A DNA stretch of 64,000 nt, taken from the NCBI GenBank assembly GCA_038065395.1, contig JBBTRB010000003.1, forward strand, positions 19,851-83,850, given 5' to 3'. Positions 47,492 through 57,910 of the stretch are shown piece by piece. The notes beneath the pieces were generated by a model. It saw nothing but the letters and a program-made list of their open reading frames with translations. It was not told the DNA's origin and did no database searches. Every line of letters begins with the position of its first letter. The stretch's first letter is position 1. Origin of the DNA: Patescibacteria group bacterium. Its GTDB lineage: Bacteria > Patescibacteriota > Minisyncoccia > Phycocordibacterales > PALSA-1337. A program made the position numbers and the translations under genes.

Positions 47492-48479
47492 TTACTACCA
47501 GGCTATTAATAAGATTAAAGAGTGCGAACATGATGACGATCAGTCCTGCAGTCTTGAAGAACACTCCGGCCTTGGAACTCTTTTGAATGCTGAATGAACT
47601 GAAGCTAATAAGGGCAAGGACCGGTAAAGTTCCGAGTGCAAATGCAAGCATGGTAAGTCCACCACTGAGGAAACTCCCCGTTGTTAGGGTGTATAGCTGC
47701 ATTGACTGAGTGAATCCACATGGTAGGAAGAATGTTGCCACACCTACAAGAAACGGAGTGAGAGTATGGTTGAACTTTGAAACCCCGTGTGCATGCTTAG
47801 CAATAAACTTTGGCATTGATGGCTGAAGTTTCTTGGCCCAATGGAAGGTATCAAGAAGATTGATACCGAGGATAAGCATTACGATGCCAATGATTAGACT
47901 CAAGATAAATGTAGCTGAGGTGTTCAGAGTAAAGGCTGAACCAATAGCACCAATTACTCCACCGAGAATAAAGAACGCTACTATTCGGCCACCATGGAAC
48001 ATGAGCTGAGGACGTATCTTGTCACCTTCTTTAGCAAACGTTGCGGACATTGATAGGACCAGGCCACCAACAACCGCCATACAGGTTGAAAGCGAAGCGA
48101 TTATACCGATCACAAATGCTGTGCCGTAGGTCACATTACCTACACTAACAAGATTCACGATTCCCATTTTCTGTAGCACTACGAAGAGTACAGCAAAGCC
48201 CAGTGCTATCGGGACCGCAATTTTGAAGTCTCCCCATTTAGCTATATGCTGCTTTTTTTCAACTGAAACAGTGTAGCCATGAGGCCTCAGCGGTATTGTA
48301 AGATCCTCCGCAATCTGCACTTCCGTCTTATCACCGAACTCTCCGGTGACTTCTACTGAATGCTTTTTAAGACTCGATTTAACATGAGTGATATTAGGCA
48401 GATCGCCAAGCTCGCTCTCGGTCATGAGAACACAAGCGTTGCAGTGCATGCCGTGTACGTGAAAGGTTAATGTTTTCAT
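47460..48479 (-). CDS. HMA domain fused to DsbD_2/UreH-like transmembrane domain (putative metal transporter)
   Basis: N-terminal GMHCNACV (HMA MxCxxC), then about 6 TM segments with FFLPCGF. Confidence 0.6.
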   Translation of the reverse strand: MKTLTFHVHGMHCNACVLMTESELGDLPNITHVKSSLKKHSVEVTGEFGDKTEVQIAEDLTIPLRPHGYTVSVEKKQHIAKWGDFKIAVPIALGFAVLFVVLQKMGIVNLVSVGNVTYGTAFVIGIIASLSTCMAVVGGLVLSMSATFAKEGDKIRPQLMFHGGRIVAFFILGGVIGAIGSAFTLNTSATFILSLIIGIVMLILGINLLDTFHWAKKLQPSMPKFIAKHAHGVSKFNHTLTPFLVGVATFFLPCGFTQSMQLYTLTTGSFLSGGLTMLAFALGTLPVLALISFSSFSIQKSSKAGVFFKTAGLIVIMFALFNLINSLVVIGVIPPVFNF

Positions 48480-48501
48480 GATTTGATAATATTTCTCAGG
48501 A

Positions 48502-48723
48502 TTATATAACCTCTCCTTTTTTCTCAAGCATCATGTGATGGATGGTTGCAATCTGAAGCCATGTTGCGATGAGGATAAGAATTGCCGAACATGCTAATGC
48601 ATCCATTTTTGTAATTCCGAACACTAGATTGTCACCACCACCGATGAGTGTCCCCACAAATGCGATTACTCCAATAAAACCCGTGATAACACTTCCTACA
48701 TGCATTACTTTTGATAGTTTCAT
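48502..48723 (-). CDS. hypothetical small membrane protein
   Basis: 73 aa with 2 TM segments. Confidence 0.3.
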   Translation of the reverse strand: MKLSKVMHVGSVITGFIGVIAFVGTLIGGGDNLVFGITKMDALACSAILILIATWLQIATIHHMMLEKKGEVI

Positions 48724-48753
48724 ATATTTTTATGTTTAATTATTTTAATAAGT

Positions 48754-49362
48754 TTATTTATACCAAGTTGCGTACCAGCCCTGCATTTGCTGAATCTCTT
48801 TTGCCTGGGAGCTAATAATGTTTTTTGCTAGCTGCTGCATTTCGGACTGATTGCTTCCAGGTTCAAGCATGTTCGCCATCATGATTGCCATTTGATGATG
48901 TGGAATCATCTGCTCTATGAATGCCTTATCGAAGTCTTGTGCATTTCTAAGAGCAGTAAGGTCTTCTGACCCACCCATGTGCATACCACCTTGCGACATC
49001 ATTCCGCCCATCATCGCACTACCTTTTGGCACATCTTTTCCAAACCAGTTCTTATACCAGCTTTTCATCTGCTGATTCTCAGATTCTTGTGCGCCTATAA
49101 TCGCCTGAGCCAATGCTTTTATTTCAGGTCGCTTTGCTTTTTCTAAAGCAAGATTAGCCATAGCGATTGCCCCTTCGTGGTGAGGAATCATCTGTTCGAT
49201 AAAGTGCTTATCAAGCGCATTTGCAGTTACAGCATTATTGGTTGAATCTTGAACAGTATTTGTGACAGTCGAGCCGCCACGCATCATTGGGCTGATAAAC
49301 ATCCCAAGAATGAGACCGACCACAATTCCTCCTATAACGAATCCAATTTTATTATTGTTCAT
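48754..49362 (-). CDS. DUF305 domain protein (copper-resistance associated)
   Basis: Duplicated MIPHHEGAI / MIPHHQMAI motifs. Confidence 0.7.
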   Translation of the reverse strand: MNNNKIGFVIGGIVVGLILGMFISPMMRGGSTVTNTVQDSTNNAVTANALDKHFIEQMIPHHEGAIAMANLALEKAKRPEIKALAQAIIGAQESENQQMKSWYKNWFGKDVPKGSAMMGGMMSQGGMHMGGSEDLTALRNAQDFDKAFIEQMIPHHQMAIMMANMLEPGSNQSEMQQLAKNIISSQAKEIQQMQGWYATWYK

Positions 49363-49386
49363 ATATTTTTATAGTTAAGTTAATAG

Positions 49387-49587
49387 TTACTCTCCGGCAT
49401 ACTTCACAGGATCGGCTGTAAAGTGATTCTTGCAGTGGATAGCGCAAAAGTAGTAGGTTTTACCTTTGTAGTCTGCAGTTGCCTTAATGCTGTCTGCATC
49501 AAGCTCCATGCCGCAGACGAGATCGAAAGCCACGTCTGGGTCAGCAGGGTTATGGTTTTTATTATGTTTGTGATTTTTTGTTTGCAT
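49387..49587 (-). CDS. YHS domain protein
   Basis: LVCGMELD...YKGKTYYFCAIHCKNHF. Confidence 0.7.
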   Translation of the reverse strand: MQTKNHKHNKNHNPADPDVAFDLVCGMELDADSIKATADYKGKTYYFCAIHCKNHFTADPVKYAGE

Positions 49588-50021
49588 AGATTTTTAAGAT
49601 TAGAAATAGTAATAGAAGCTCTATGCAACGAAGGACTGTTTTCAAATAACGAAAGCCAACGGGTAATTTTCCGAGGACGACTGAGCTGGCGTTCCGGATC
49701 ATGCCGGACTCGCCAAGATACCAGATTGGTTAAAAGTAAACCCCGATGTTTTATATAGATAAATCCTACGCTTAGAAATAGGGCCAAGAGTAATGCAAGG
49801 AGAAAAATAAACGGAATTGACGGGACCACGCTGAAGAATGAAATGAATGCCTGGATGTGATGGACCGACATCGCCGCAATGTTTTCCGGACATGGAGTAT
49901 TGTCTACGGATGATGCAATACAACCTGTGGAGTGACCAATTCCATGATTCATTGAGGTAAAGCCAAACACCCCTATTACTAGGACACTTGTGATTATTAG
50001 TAATGAGAGGAGTTTTTTCAT
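49404..50021 (-). CDS. hypothetical membrane protein
   Basis: N-terminal ~110 aa hydrophobic with His pairs. The C-terminal part overlaps the YHS gene out of frame and is probably not real. Confidence 0.3.
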   Translation of the reverse strand: MKKLLSLLIITSVLVIGVFGFTSMNHGIGHSTGCIASSVDNTPCPENIAAMSVHHIQAFISFFSVVPSIPFIFLLALLLALFLSVGFIYIKHRGLLLTNLVSWRVRHDPERQLSRPRKITRWLSLFENSPSLHRASITISNLKNLCKQKITNIIKTITLLTQTWLSISSAAWSLMQTALRQLQTTKVKPTTFALSTARITLQPIL

Positions 50022-52348
50022 TATAGTTTTTTAGCTTTAATGCGAAGCGAGTTCGACACGACTGACACTGACGACATGGCCATAGCAAATCCTGCAAAGA
50101 CTGGATTCAAGAGCCATCCGAAAACCGGATACAAAGCTCCTGCTGCAAGCGGTATTCCTACAATGTTATAGATAAAGGCCCAGAAGAGATTCTGCTTGAT
50201 GCCACGCATAGTGATCTTTGAAAGCTTGATTGCTTTCACAAGCTTTGAAATATCTCCACCAAGAAGCGTGATGCCAGCCGATTCGATCGCCACATCTGTT
50301 CCAGTCCCCATGGCGATACCCACATCTGCCTGAGCGAGTGCAGGAGCATCGTTTACGCCATCACCAGCCATAGCAACCACTCGACCTTGTGACTGTAGTT
50401 CTTGAATCTTTTTCAGCTTATCTTCTGGAAGCACATGAGCGACTACGTCATCGATTCCCACTAGAGAAGCAATATATTTAGCTGCCTTTTCATCATCTCC
50501 GGTAAGCATGACTACTTTGATTCCGAGAGCATGGAGATTTTTTACTGCCTCGACCGACTCTGCTTTTATTTCATCAGCTACCATAACAAAACCGAGAACC
50601 TTCTCTTTGGTAGAAAGAATGACTGGCGTTTTACCCTGGGAAGTGAACTCGTTAAGTTTTGCGGTATCAAAGGAAACCTTAAGATCGCTTACGAGCTTAG
50701 CGTTGCCTACAAAGTATTCAGTACCTTTAACTATTCCCTTGAGACCCTTGCCTTGTATACCCTCGAAATTTGAAATGTCTGATGTTGAAATGTTTTTCTC
50801 TTGGGCGTAATTTACAATCGCATGAGCAATTGGATGCTCTGATTTTTTCTCAAGTGAAGCGAGAATTGAAACAAGTTCATCGTCTTTTAAATCAGAAAGG
50901 TTTTGTATATCAACGAGTGTTGGCTTGCCCTTGGTAATGGTCCCTGTTTTATCAACCACAACTGTATTTACTTTATGGAGCTTTTCAAGTGTTGCTGCAT
51001 CTTTAATGAGAATGCCTTCTTTTGCACCTTTACCAACTCCAACGATAATTGCCGTGGGAGTGGCGAGACCAAGAGCACAGGGGCATGCAATGACTAAGAT
51101 TCCCACAAATGATACGAGGCCGAATGAGAGAGCTTGTGAAAAACCAAGATACTGTGAACCGATAATAAGCCATGCTCCCAGGGTCAGGAATGCGATTACC
51201 AAAACTATTGGCACAAAGATTGATGATATTTTGTCAGCGAGTGCTTGAATTGGAGCTTTACTGCCTTGGGCGTCTTCCACCATCTTTATGATCTGAGCCA
51301 GGAGAGTTTCGGACCCGACTTTTGTGGCTTTGAATGTGAATGACCCACTTGTGTTTATGGTTCCAGAAACAACACTGTCTCCAGTCTTCTTTTGTGCTGG
51401 CATCGGCTCTCCGGTAACCATAGATTCATCTACGAATGATGAGCCTTCAGTAATCACACCGTCTACAGGAATCTTTGCGCCTGGCTTAACGATAATGAGA
51501 TCGCCATGCTTTACGTCATTCACTGAAATCTCCATTTCTTTTCCGTCACGAATCACCAATGCTGTTTTGGCTTGGAGATTAAGGAGCTTTTCTATAGCAT
51601 CACCGGTCTTTATCTTTGATCGAGCTTCAAGATATTTACCGAGCGCGATAAAGGTGATAACCACGATCGTCACATCGTAGTATTGATACTCAACATTAAT
51701 AAAAGGCCGGAGAACGTCTTCAAATGCGGTGACTGCAAAGCTGTATAAAAAGGCGGCACTCGTTCCGATACCGATCAATGTATCCATGTTTGCCTTGCCG
51801 TATCGTAGGAACCTGTAAAAACCAAGGAGGTAAGGCTTACCAACTACAAAGAGTATATATGTTGCAAATATTGGAAGAAGATGGTGAAAAAACTCTTTGA
51901 TCGTATAGCTCATTTCTCCGACGACACCATATTGAGCAAGAATGTCCCATCCCATAACGATAGCCGCAAAAATTGCCAAAGGTATTGCCGAGATCACCTT
52001 TGTTCTCATATCAGCTACCTCGGCAAGTTTCTCTTTCTTTGACTGATTGAGTCCAAGGTGTGCAGCATGTTCATCTGCCGACATACCCATATCCTTAGCT
52101 GATTGATCACCATGCTCGTGTGACATCTCCTGGTCCAGAGCAAGAGAGTAACCAAGCGGTTCTATCTTCTTTGAAAGTTCTTGTGCGCTTATTTTTGATT
52201 CATCAAAAGCTACCTTTGCTTTTTCGGTCCCATAGTTTACTTCAGCAGAGTGAACTCCTTCGGTTTTCTTAAAGGTTTTCTCAATGATGCCAGCACAGGA
52301 GGCGCAATGCATTCCTTTTATTCTGTAAGTTTTGGTGGGATGATTCAT
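50021..52348 (-). CDS. copA: copper-translocating P1B-type ATPase
   Basis: [15 protein letters not shown] ([11 protein letters not shown]), [20 protein letters not shown]. Start chosen at [12 protein letters not shown]. Confidence 0.9.
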   Translation of the reverse strand: MNHPTKTYRIKGMHCASCAGIIEKTFKKTEGVHSAEVNYGTEKAKVAFDESKISAQELSKKIEPLGYSLALDQEMSHEHGDQSAKDMGMSADEHAAHLGLNQSKKEKLAEVADMRTKVISAIPLAIFAAIVMGWDILAQYGVVGEMSYTIKEFFHHLLPIFATYILFVVGKPYLLGFYRFLRYGKANMDTLIGIGTSAAFLYSFAVTAFEDVLRPFINVEYQYYDVTIVVITFIALGKYLEARSKIKTGDAIEKLLNLQAKTALVIRDGKEMEISVNDVKHGDLIIVKPGAKIPVDGVITEGSSFVDESMVTGEPMPAQKKTGDSVVSGTINTSGSFTFKATKVGSETLLAQIIKMVEDAQGSKAPIQALADKISSIFVPIVLVIAFLTLGAWLIIGSQYLGFSQALSFGLVSFVGILVIACPCALGLATPTAIIVGVGKGAKEGILIKDAATLEKLHKVNTVVVDKTGTITKGKPTLVDIQNLSDLKDDELVSILASLEKKSEHPIAHAIVNYAQEKNISTSDISNFEGIQGKGLKGIVKGTEYFVGNAKLVSDLKVSFDTAKLNEFTSQGKTPVILSTKEKVLGFVMVADEIKAESVEAVKNLHALGIKVVMLTGDDEKAAKYIASLVGIDDVVAHVLPEDKLKKIQELQSQGRVVAMAGDGVNDAPALAQADVGIAMGTGTDVAIESAGITLLGGDISKLVKAIKLSKITMRGIKQNLFWAFIYNIVGIPLAAGALYPVFGWLLNPVFAGFAMAMSSVSVVSNSLRIKAKKL

Positions 52349-52352
52349 ATTT

Positions 52353-52619
52353 TTATTTACGCTTAAGCTTATAAACCTTAAGAATCTCATCGACCGCTTT
52401 CTTTTCGCTCCCATGCTTCATCTGATGAACAACGTGTGTAGAAAGGTGGTTTTCAAGAACTAGGTTCTCGATTCCTGTAAGCGCCTCCTTGATAGCGGAT
52501 GCTTGAGTAATAATGTCGATGCAATACTTCTCATCCTCAACCATTTTCTGGAGGCCCCTAATCTGTCCCTCAACAATTTTTAATCGACGAATAGCTTTTG
52601 TTTTGATATCTTGTCTCAT
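52353..52619 (-). CDS. csoR: CsoR/RcnR family metal-sensing transcriptional repressor
   Basis: [40 protein letters not shown] with the conserved Cys and His of DUF156. Confidence 0.8.
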   Translation of the reverse strand: MRQDIKTKAIRRLKIVEGQIRGLQKMVEDEKYCIDIITQASAIKEALTGIENLVLENHLSTHVVHQMKHGSEKKAVDEILKVYKLKRK

Positions 52620-52723
52620 ATACATACATAATACCCCCTAGGGGTATAGACTGTCAAATCAGTAAATGCAAACATTGGAAAAAAGGCGAATTCGTTGTAG
52701 ATTTGTAGCAAATTACTATTACC

Positions 52724-53365
52724 ATGACTCCAGCTGCCAAAATCAGGTTTGTGAAAAACCGAATTGAAGATCAGGTCGCCATAAGCCCGAAAGGGCCTAT
52801 TGTTCTGCCTGTGCATGATATTTTCACTAATTCTTTTACCTTTCTGGCCAAGGAGCAATATTTGATACTCAAAAAACTTCAGGAGGACGGCTACATAAAA
52901 GGCCTCTTTCCTCTTGAGAAAAAGGAGGTCTGGTTTGAAATGACCGGCAAGCCTCTCGATCCGTTCGGCCTCATCGCCATGAATGCTGCCAAAGGCAGGA
53001 AGCCCGCGCGAGTGGCTGTAAAAGATACTCTGCTCATGACCAAGGAGCTTGAGCCCGACTTCGAGGTGAGCGGTCTTGCCTCATATTCTGACGGGACCAT
53101 TCGCTACAAAGACACGATCGTCCCTCTCCGTGGCCAGATCAAGGATTTGTGCCGCCTGTTCATGCGCAATCCGAAACGGCTTATTACCCGCGAGGACATC
53201 AAGGAGAACATCATCGCCGCCGACAAGCGCAAATCTGTTCCGAAAATCACCATTTCCAAATATGTAAGCGAGCTTCGTAATTCATTGAGAGTTCATTTCA
53301 AGAAAGACGTGATCTACAGCCAGAAAGATGAGGGCTGGTACTTCGACCCGAGCAAAAAGAGCTAG
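52724..53365 (+). CDS. putative winged-helix (OmpR/CadC-type) DNA-binding regulator
   Basis: C-terminal LITREDIKENII...ISKYVSELRNSL...WYFDP resembles a trans_reg_C domain. Confidence 0.4.
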   Translation: MTPAAKIRFVKNRIEDQVAISPKGPIVLPVHDIFTNSFTFLAKEQYLILKKLQEDGYIKGLFPLEKKEVWFEMTGKPLDPFGLIAMNAAKGRKPARVAVKDTLLMTKELEPDFEVSGLASYSDGTIRYKDTIVPLRGQIKDLCRLFMRNPKRLITREDIKENIIAADKRKSVPKITISKYVSELRNSLRVHFKKDVIYSQKDEGWYFDPSKKS

Positions 53366-53466
53366 AAATCCGATTCATTTCTGAATATTGAATGAGCGCA
53401 CTCACCGAAACTGTGAGTGCGTTTTCATATTGAATACGCGCATTACTAATCTAGCGAAATTACTCT

Positions 53467-53739
53467 ATGACAAGAAAATTAAAGCCTCGGTCCCACCAGG
53501 ACGACGAGGCATCAGTGTTTACTACTTACGACCTTGGAGTATCGGCGGCACTCTTGTGCCTCGGGTACAAGCTAATACGCTTGGACCGCGACGATCCTCG
53601 CAAGGCCCTTTTCGTATTCAGGAAAGAAGCGGATATCGATACGTACGCCAATCAGTATTTTTCAGATCAGCTCAAAGTCAAAGCTCGGTCGTTCTTTGAC
53701 AGCATCAAGGCGTTGAAGAATAAGCTCTACTCCGAATAG
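53467..53739 (+). CDS. hypothetical protein
   Basis: 90 aa. Confidence 0.35.
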   Translation: MTRKLKPRSHQDDEASVFTTYDLGVSAALLCLGYKLIRLDRDDPRKALFVFRKEADIDTYANQYFSDQLKVKARSFFDSIKALKNKLYSE

Positions 53740-53741
53740 CT

Positions 53742-54008
53742 ATGCTGCTTTTGGACGTGGACATCAAAAAGTTCCAAGAGCTTTACAAGGCTCGCTTTGG
53801 AATGGACATAAGCAAAGAAGAAGCCTTAGCAAAAGGCACTCAGCTTGTGCGCCTGATGGAGCTCGTCTATAAGCCAATGTCTCAAGAAGAACACGAGCTC
53901 ATCCACAAGCGACGGCTCGAAACGCTTCCCTTACTAGCACATAAATTACAAAATCATGAATCAGAATCTAGAGTCACTTACAATCAAAGACGAGCTCGAC
54001 AAAATTAA
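53742..54008 (+). CDS. hypothetical protein
   Basis: 88 aa; overlaps the start of the next ORF. Confidence 0.3.
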   Translation: MLLLDVDIKKFQELYKARFGMDISKEEALAKGTQLVRLMELVYKPMSQEEHELIHKRRLETLPLLAHKLQNHESESRVTYNQRRARQN

Positions 54009-55317
54009 GGAACGCATTACCCCGCCTGAACCGATCACCCTTGATCAGGTCCGACATGTCCTGGACCTCACCATCAAAAAAGATGATGGAAATAAAATCA
54101 TCACGTTTCTTGCAATGCTTGCTGCATACACCGACAATGCGCAATTCAATATCAGTTTTAATGCTCCCTCATCGTCCGGCAAGAGCTTTATTCCTCTCGA
54201 GATCTCAAATCTCTTTCCACAGGAGGATGTTATGAAGCTCGCCGGGGCATCGCCCACATCATTTCTTCACGAGAGCGGTGTGTATAAAAAGGAAACGAAT
54301 GAGCGCTTTATCGACCTATCAAGGAAAATCATCATCTTCCTCGATATGCCGCATGCAACGCTTTTAACAAAGCTCCGATCTCTATTATCTCATGATGAGA
54401 AAGAGACGAGGCACAAGATTACGGATAAAACGGAGAAAGGCGGTACACGCACAAAGACCGCCGTCATCAGAGGCTTCCCGTCGGTCATATTCTGCTCGGC
54501 CAATGCCAAAATGGACCAGCAGGAAATGACCCGCTTTCTACTTCTCAGTCCTGAAATAAATCAGGAGAAGATACTTGCCGGAATCCACCAGTCCTCTCGC
54601 AAGGAATCCGACAAGAAGAAATATTATAAAGAGCTCAATGAGAATCCTCTGCGTAAAGCGCTAATCGAGCGCATAGCTTTAATCAAGGCTGCCGGTGTCG
54701 ACGAGATTATCATTGAGGACGAGAAAGGCGTTCAGCAAAGATTTCTCGCTCACATACAAAATCCGCAACCGAGAAATCAGCGAGACATTAAACGTATTTA
54801 CTCAATCATCAAATCAGTTGCTCTTTTGAATGTCTGGCATCGCAAGCGCCAAGGCACTACGCTCTACGCATCCGAACTAGACATCGATACCGGCTTTGAG
54901 ATTTGGGATAAGATATCGCTCTTTCAGGAGCTTGAAATATCGCCATACCTCTACGAATTCTATTCGCAGATTATTCTTCCTTTGTGGAATCGGGACCAGA
55001 TCGACGAGTTCGGTGATCCTGTGGCTGAAGAAAAGAAGATAGGCGTTACCCGTCAAGACATGCTCAAGCAATACGCCCACGTCTATGGCGGCAACCTTGG
55101 CATGTTCAGGCTTCGCTATGACTATCTGCCGAACATCGAATCGGCTGGCCTTATCTTCCAGGAACCTGATCCGAATGATCGTCGGCAACTCCTGACATAC
55201 CCAACTATCGCCGCTAAGAGGCTTGAGAAAACGGAGGAAATACATAGTGCGTACGAGCCGGGGGTAAATATTACCAACGTTGAAAATGAGATAAAAGCCG
55301 AGGACGTTCCGTTCTAA
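53956..55317 (+). CDS. P-loop NTPase, putative replication/mobilisation protein of the integrated element
   Basis: Walker A NAPSSSGKS; 453 aa. Confidence 0.5.
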   Translation: MNQNLESLTIKDELDKIKERITPPEPITLDQVRHVLDLTIKKDDGNKIITFLAMLAAYTDNAQFNISFNAPSSSGKSFIPLEISNLFPQEDVMKLAGASPTSFLHESGVYKKETNERFIDLSRKIIIFLDMPHATLLTKLRSLLSHDEKETRHKITDKTEKGGTRTKTAVIRGFPSVIFCSANAKMDQQEMTRFLLLSPEINQEKILAGIHQSSRKESDKKKYYKELNENPLRKALIERIALIKAAGVDEIIIEDEKGVQQRFLAHIQNPQPRNQRDIKRIYSIIKSVALLNVWHRKRQGTTLYASELDIDTGFEIWDKISLFQELEISPYLYEFYSQIILPLWNRDQIDEFGDPVAEEKKIGVTRQDMLKQYAHVYGGNLGMFRLRYDYLPNIESAGLIFQEPDPNDRRQLLTYPTIAAKRLEKTEEIHSAYEPGVNITNVENEIKAEDVPF

Positions 55318-55386
55318 GGGACTTGCAATTACCCCACGAAGAAGGTAACACAGCAACACCCCTTAGAATTAACATTACCCAATTAT

Positions 55387-56973
55387 ATGGCTACAAACGT
55401 TGAATACTTCATGTATGCCCGCAAATCCTCTGAGTCCGAGGATCGGCAGGAGCAATCAATCGAGGATCAGATAAATCGATTAAAAGAACGAGCTAATTCC
55501 CTTGGTATTTCAGTCAAAGAAATCTTGACCGAAGCGAAGTCGGCCAAACAGCCAGGACGACCTGTATTCAACGATATGTTGAACCGAATCAAGAAAGGTG
55601 AAGCTCAAGGAATTCTCTGTTGGCAAATAAACCGCCTCTCACGTAATCCCATTGATAGTGGCGCGCTCTCGTGGATGCTTCAGCAGGGTGCTTTGAAAGC
55701 TATACAGACGATGGAACGAGAGTACTTACCGGAGGACAATGTACTTCTCTTTAGCGTTGAGAGCGGAATGGCGAATCAGTTCATCATCGAGCTCCGCAAA
55801 AACACAAAGCGAGGCATGCATGGTAAAGCAGATCGTGGATGGTTTCCCTCAAAAGCTCCAGCTGGATACGTCAACGAACGACTCGAACACACGATTCAGC
55901 CTGATCCAGAACGTTTCGACCTCATCAGAAGGATGTGGGACCTTATGCTTACCGGAAATTACACGCCAGTGTCGATAGCTGAGATCGCAAGCAAGGAATG
56001 GGGTTATCGGTCCCTGAAAAGTAAGCGGAGTGGCGGAGTCGAGATGGCTCCAAGTGTAATTTATAAAATGTTTAAGAACATTTTCTATACGGGAATGTTT
56101 GAGTGGGGTAAGAAAATCTATAAAGGAAATCATAGACCGATGATCACGCTTGAGGAGTATGATCGAGTCCAGGCTATCTTCGGCAGGACCGGAAAGCCTC
56201 GAGGTCAAACGCACGAGTTCGCATTCACCGGACTTATTCGCTGCGGTCTGTGCGGTGCGATGTATACCGGTACTGAAAAAACCAAGACAATAAAGAAAAC
56301 CGGTGACCTCAAAACATACACCTACTACCATTGTTCAGGCCACAAGAAAGGCGTGCCATGTCCAAAGCGAAATCCAATCAATCTTATTGACCTCGAACAG
56401 CAGATCGAGCTTCTGCTTGAGGAGTACACGATACTCCCCGAATTTCAGACCTGGGCTATTGAGGCTTTGAATCGTAACAACGATAAGGAAATCGAGGAGC
56501 GTACAAAGATTTATGAGATGCAGCATAAGACTGTCGTCGAGTCGCAGACTGAGCTCGATAACCTAACTAAGATGCGTTACCGCGATCTTATCGATGACGA
56601 CACCTTCGTCAAAGAGCGTGACATCTTAAAGGATAAGATTGCCCGATTACAGGCGAAACTCCGAGAAACCGAGGGACGTGCTTCAAAGTGGCTGGACCTT
56701 ACTGAACAGGCGTTTAGCTTTGCCTGCTACGCTAGAAAAGAGTTTATTATGGGCGATCTTCAGCGAAAGCGTGAGATATTCTCATCACTTGGCCAAAACT
56801 TCTATCTCAAAAGTGGCAAAGTCTTTATCACTGGCAATGAATGGTTCCAGCCAATCAAAGAAGCATACCCTGAATTTAGGGCTAAATTTGAGAGGTTAGG
56901 ACTGAGAGAATACGCCTCTGTTGAGGCACGAAATGTTGCTTTTGCAACACTCATTCTCGAATGGGGTGCCTAA
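55387..56973 (+). CDS. large serine recombinase
   Basis: N-terminal resolvase catalytic domain YARKSSESEDRQEQSIEDQ, recombinase domain, zinc ribbon CGLCGAMYTG...YYHCSGH, C-terminal coiled coil. Confidence 0.85.
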   Translation: MATNVEYFMYARKSSESEDRQEQSIEDQINRLKERANSLGISVKEILTEAKSAKQPGRPVFNDMLNRIKKGEAQGILCWQINRLSRNPIDSGALSWMLQQGALKAIQTMEREYLPEDNVLLFSVESGMANQFIIELRKNTKRGMHGKADRGWFPSKAPAGYVNERLEHTIQPDPERFDLIRRMWDLMLTGNYTPVSIAEIASKEWGYRSLKSKRSGGVEMAPSVIYKMFKNIFYTGMFEWGKKIYKGNHRPMITLEEYDRVQAIFGRTGKPRGQTHEFAFTGLIRCGLCGAMYTGTEKTKTIKKTGDLKTYTYYHCSGHKKGVPCPKRNPINLIDLEQQIELLLEEYTILPEFQTWAIEALNRNNDKEIEERTKIYEMQHKTVVESQTELDNLTKMRYRDLIDDDTFVKERDILKDKIARLQAKLRETEGRASKWLDLTEQAFSFACYARKEFIMGDLQRKREIFSSLGQNFYLKSGKVFITGNEWFQPIKEAYPEFRAKFERLGLREYASVEARNVAFATLILEWGA

Positions 56974-57037
56974 TGGGATTCGAACCCATGCTGCGGCTTT
57001 CACAGAGCCGAGTGCTAACCATTACACCATAGGCACC
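56962..57037 (-). tRNA. tRNA-His (GTG) with encoded G-1 and CCA
   Basis: Manual fold: 8-bp acceptor stem with G-1:C73, anticodon loop CUGUGAA, T-loop TTCGAAT, 3' CCA encoded. Confidence 0.85.
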
Positions 57038-57142
57038 ATATAACTACCTGCTCATTTATACCAGATTTACGGCATAAGTACAGATGAGACTATAGTTGAC
57101 TTCCCCTTCATAACGAGTAATGTTGTCATTAGAAAGGCTCTT

Positions 57143-57616
57143 ATGAAAAAAATTGAAAATGCGAAATGGGAGGATATTCTCTTCAAAATCGGTGGAGTGA
57201 TCGGAACGCTAGGTACACAACCTCATGAATTCGAGATCGAATTCATTGATAATGAATTCTATATAGGAGATCTTGAAGGAGGCGGCAACCGACTGATCTT
57301 CCGATCGCCAGCCGTAAGCAAATTCATCACTCCTCAAGGTCATGGAATGGCGATAATTTCTTCCAACCGTGAAGCATGGTTGGAAGATCCTGCGTTTTAT
57401 CAATTTATTTTTTACAGTCTTGATAAAAAAGCCAGTGTACGGAGGATGTGCAAGATTACCTATGCCCGTAGCGAGAGACGCAATGTTTTCAGATCCATAG
57501 AAGTTGGAGAGATGGAATATTTGAAATTCTACAAATTTAAGGAGGTCAAAGATGCTGAGACTTTTATGGAGGCCACTCTCCTGTATCTCAAAATACTCGA
57601 CGCGAGCATCGCCTAA
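57143..57616 (+). CDS. hypothetical protein
   Basis: 157 aa with a terminator downstream. Confidence 0.4.
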   Translation: MKKIENAKWEDILFKIGGVIGTLGTQPHEFEIEFIDNEFYIGDLEGGGNRLIFRSPAVSKFITPQGHGMAIISSNREAWLEDPAFYQFIFYSLDKKASVRRMCKITYARSERRNVFRSIEVGEMEYLKFYKFKEVKDAETFMEATLLYLKILDASIA

Positions 57617-57618
57617 CA

Positions 57619-57643
57619 CAACGAGGACAGCCTCGTTTTTTTG
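57619..57643 (+). terminator. intrinsic terminator
   Basis: acgagg-acag-cctcgt followed by TTTTTTT. Confidence 0.55.
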
Positions 57644-57724
57644 TTTTCACTGAAGTCATTGAAAAAGTAAGTCGTTTCAGCTATAGTGCAGGAAGTCTCG
57701 TTTGAAAGAGCTTAGCGACAATAT

Positions 57725-57808
57725 GCACGGGTGGCGAAATTGGTAGACGCACTACCTTGAGGTGGTAGCGCCCATTTGGGTATGGAGGTTCGAGTCCTCT
57801 CCCGTGCA
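57725..57808 (+). tRNA. tRNA-Leu (GAG), class II with long variable arm
   Basis: Acceptor GCACGGG/CCCGTGC, anticodon loop TTGAGGT, variable arm gcccatttgggt, T-loop TTCGAGT. Confidence 0.85.
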
Positions 57809-57867
57809 CAGCATTTAGTATGCCTGAGGGCAAATCAACTTCTTGACTTGCGTCCAGGGACACAAAA

Positions 57868-57897
57868 AATCGCCCGAGGATCTGGGGCGATTTTTAT
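57868..57897. terminator. bidirectional terminator
   Basis: tcgccc-gaggatctg-gggcga flanked by A-run and T-run; downstream of tRNA-Leu and rplS. Confidence 0.5.
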
Positions 57898-57910
57898 TTT
57901 TCTGTATTCC

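Larger units (their letters stand above)
38432..56961. mobile_element. ~18.5 kb integrated element at tRNA-His with serine recombinase and Cu/heavy-metal plus Dsb cargo
   Basis: Bounded by the 21-bp direct repeats. The recombinase sits at the tRNA-proximal end. Internal regulator and P-loop replication-like genes are present, alongside the metal-resistance and disulfide-bond cargo. Confidence 0.6.
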
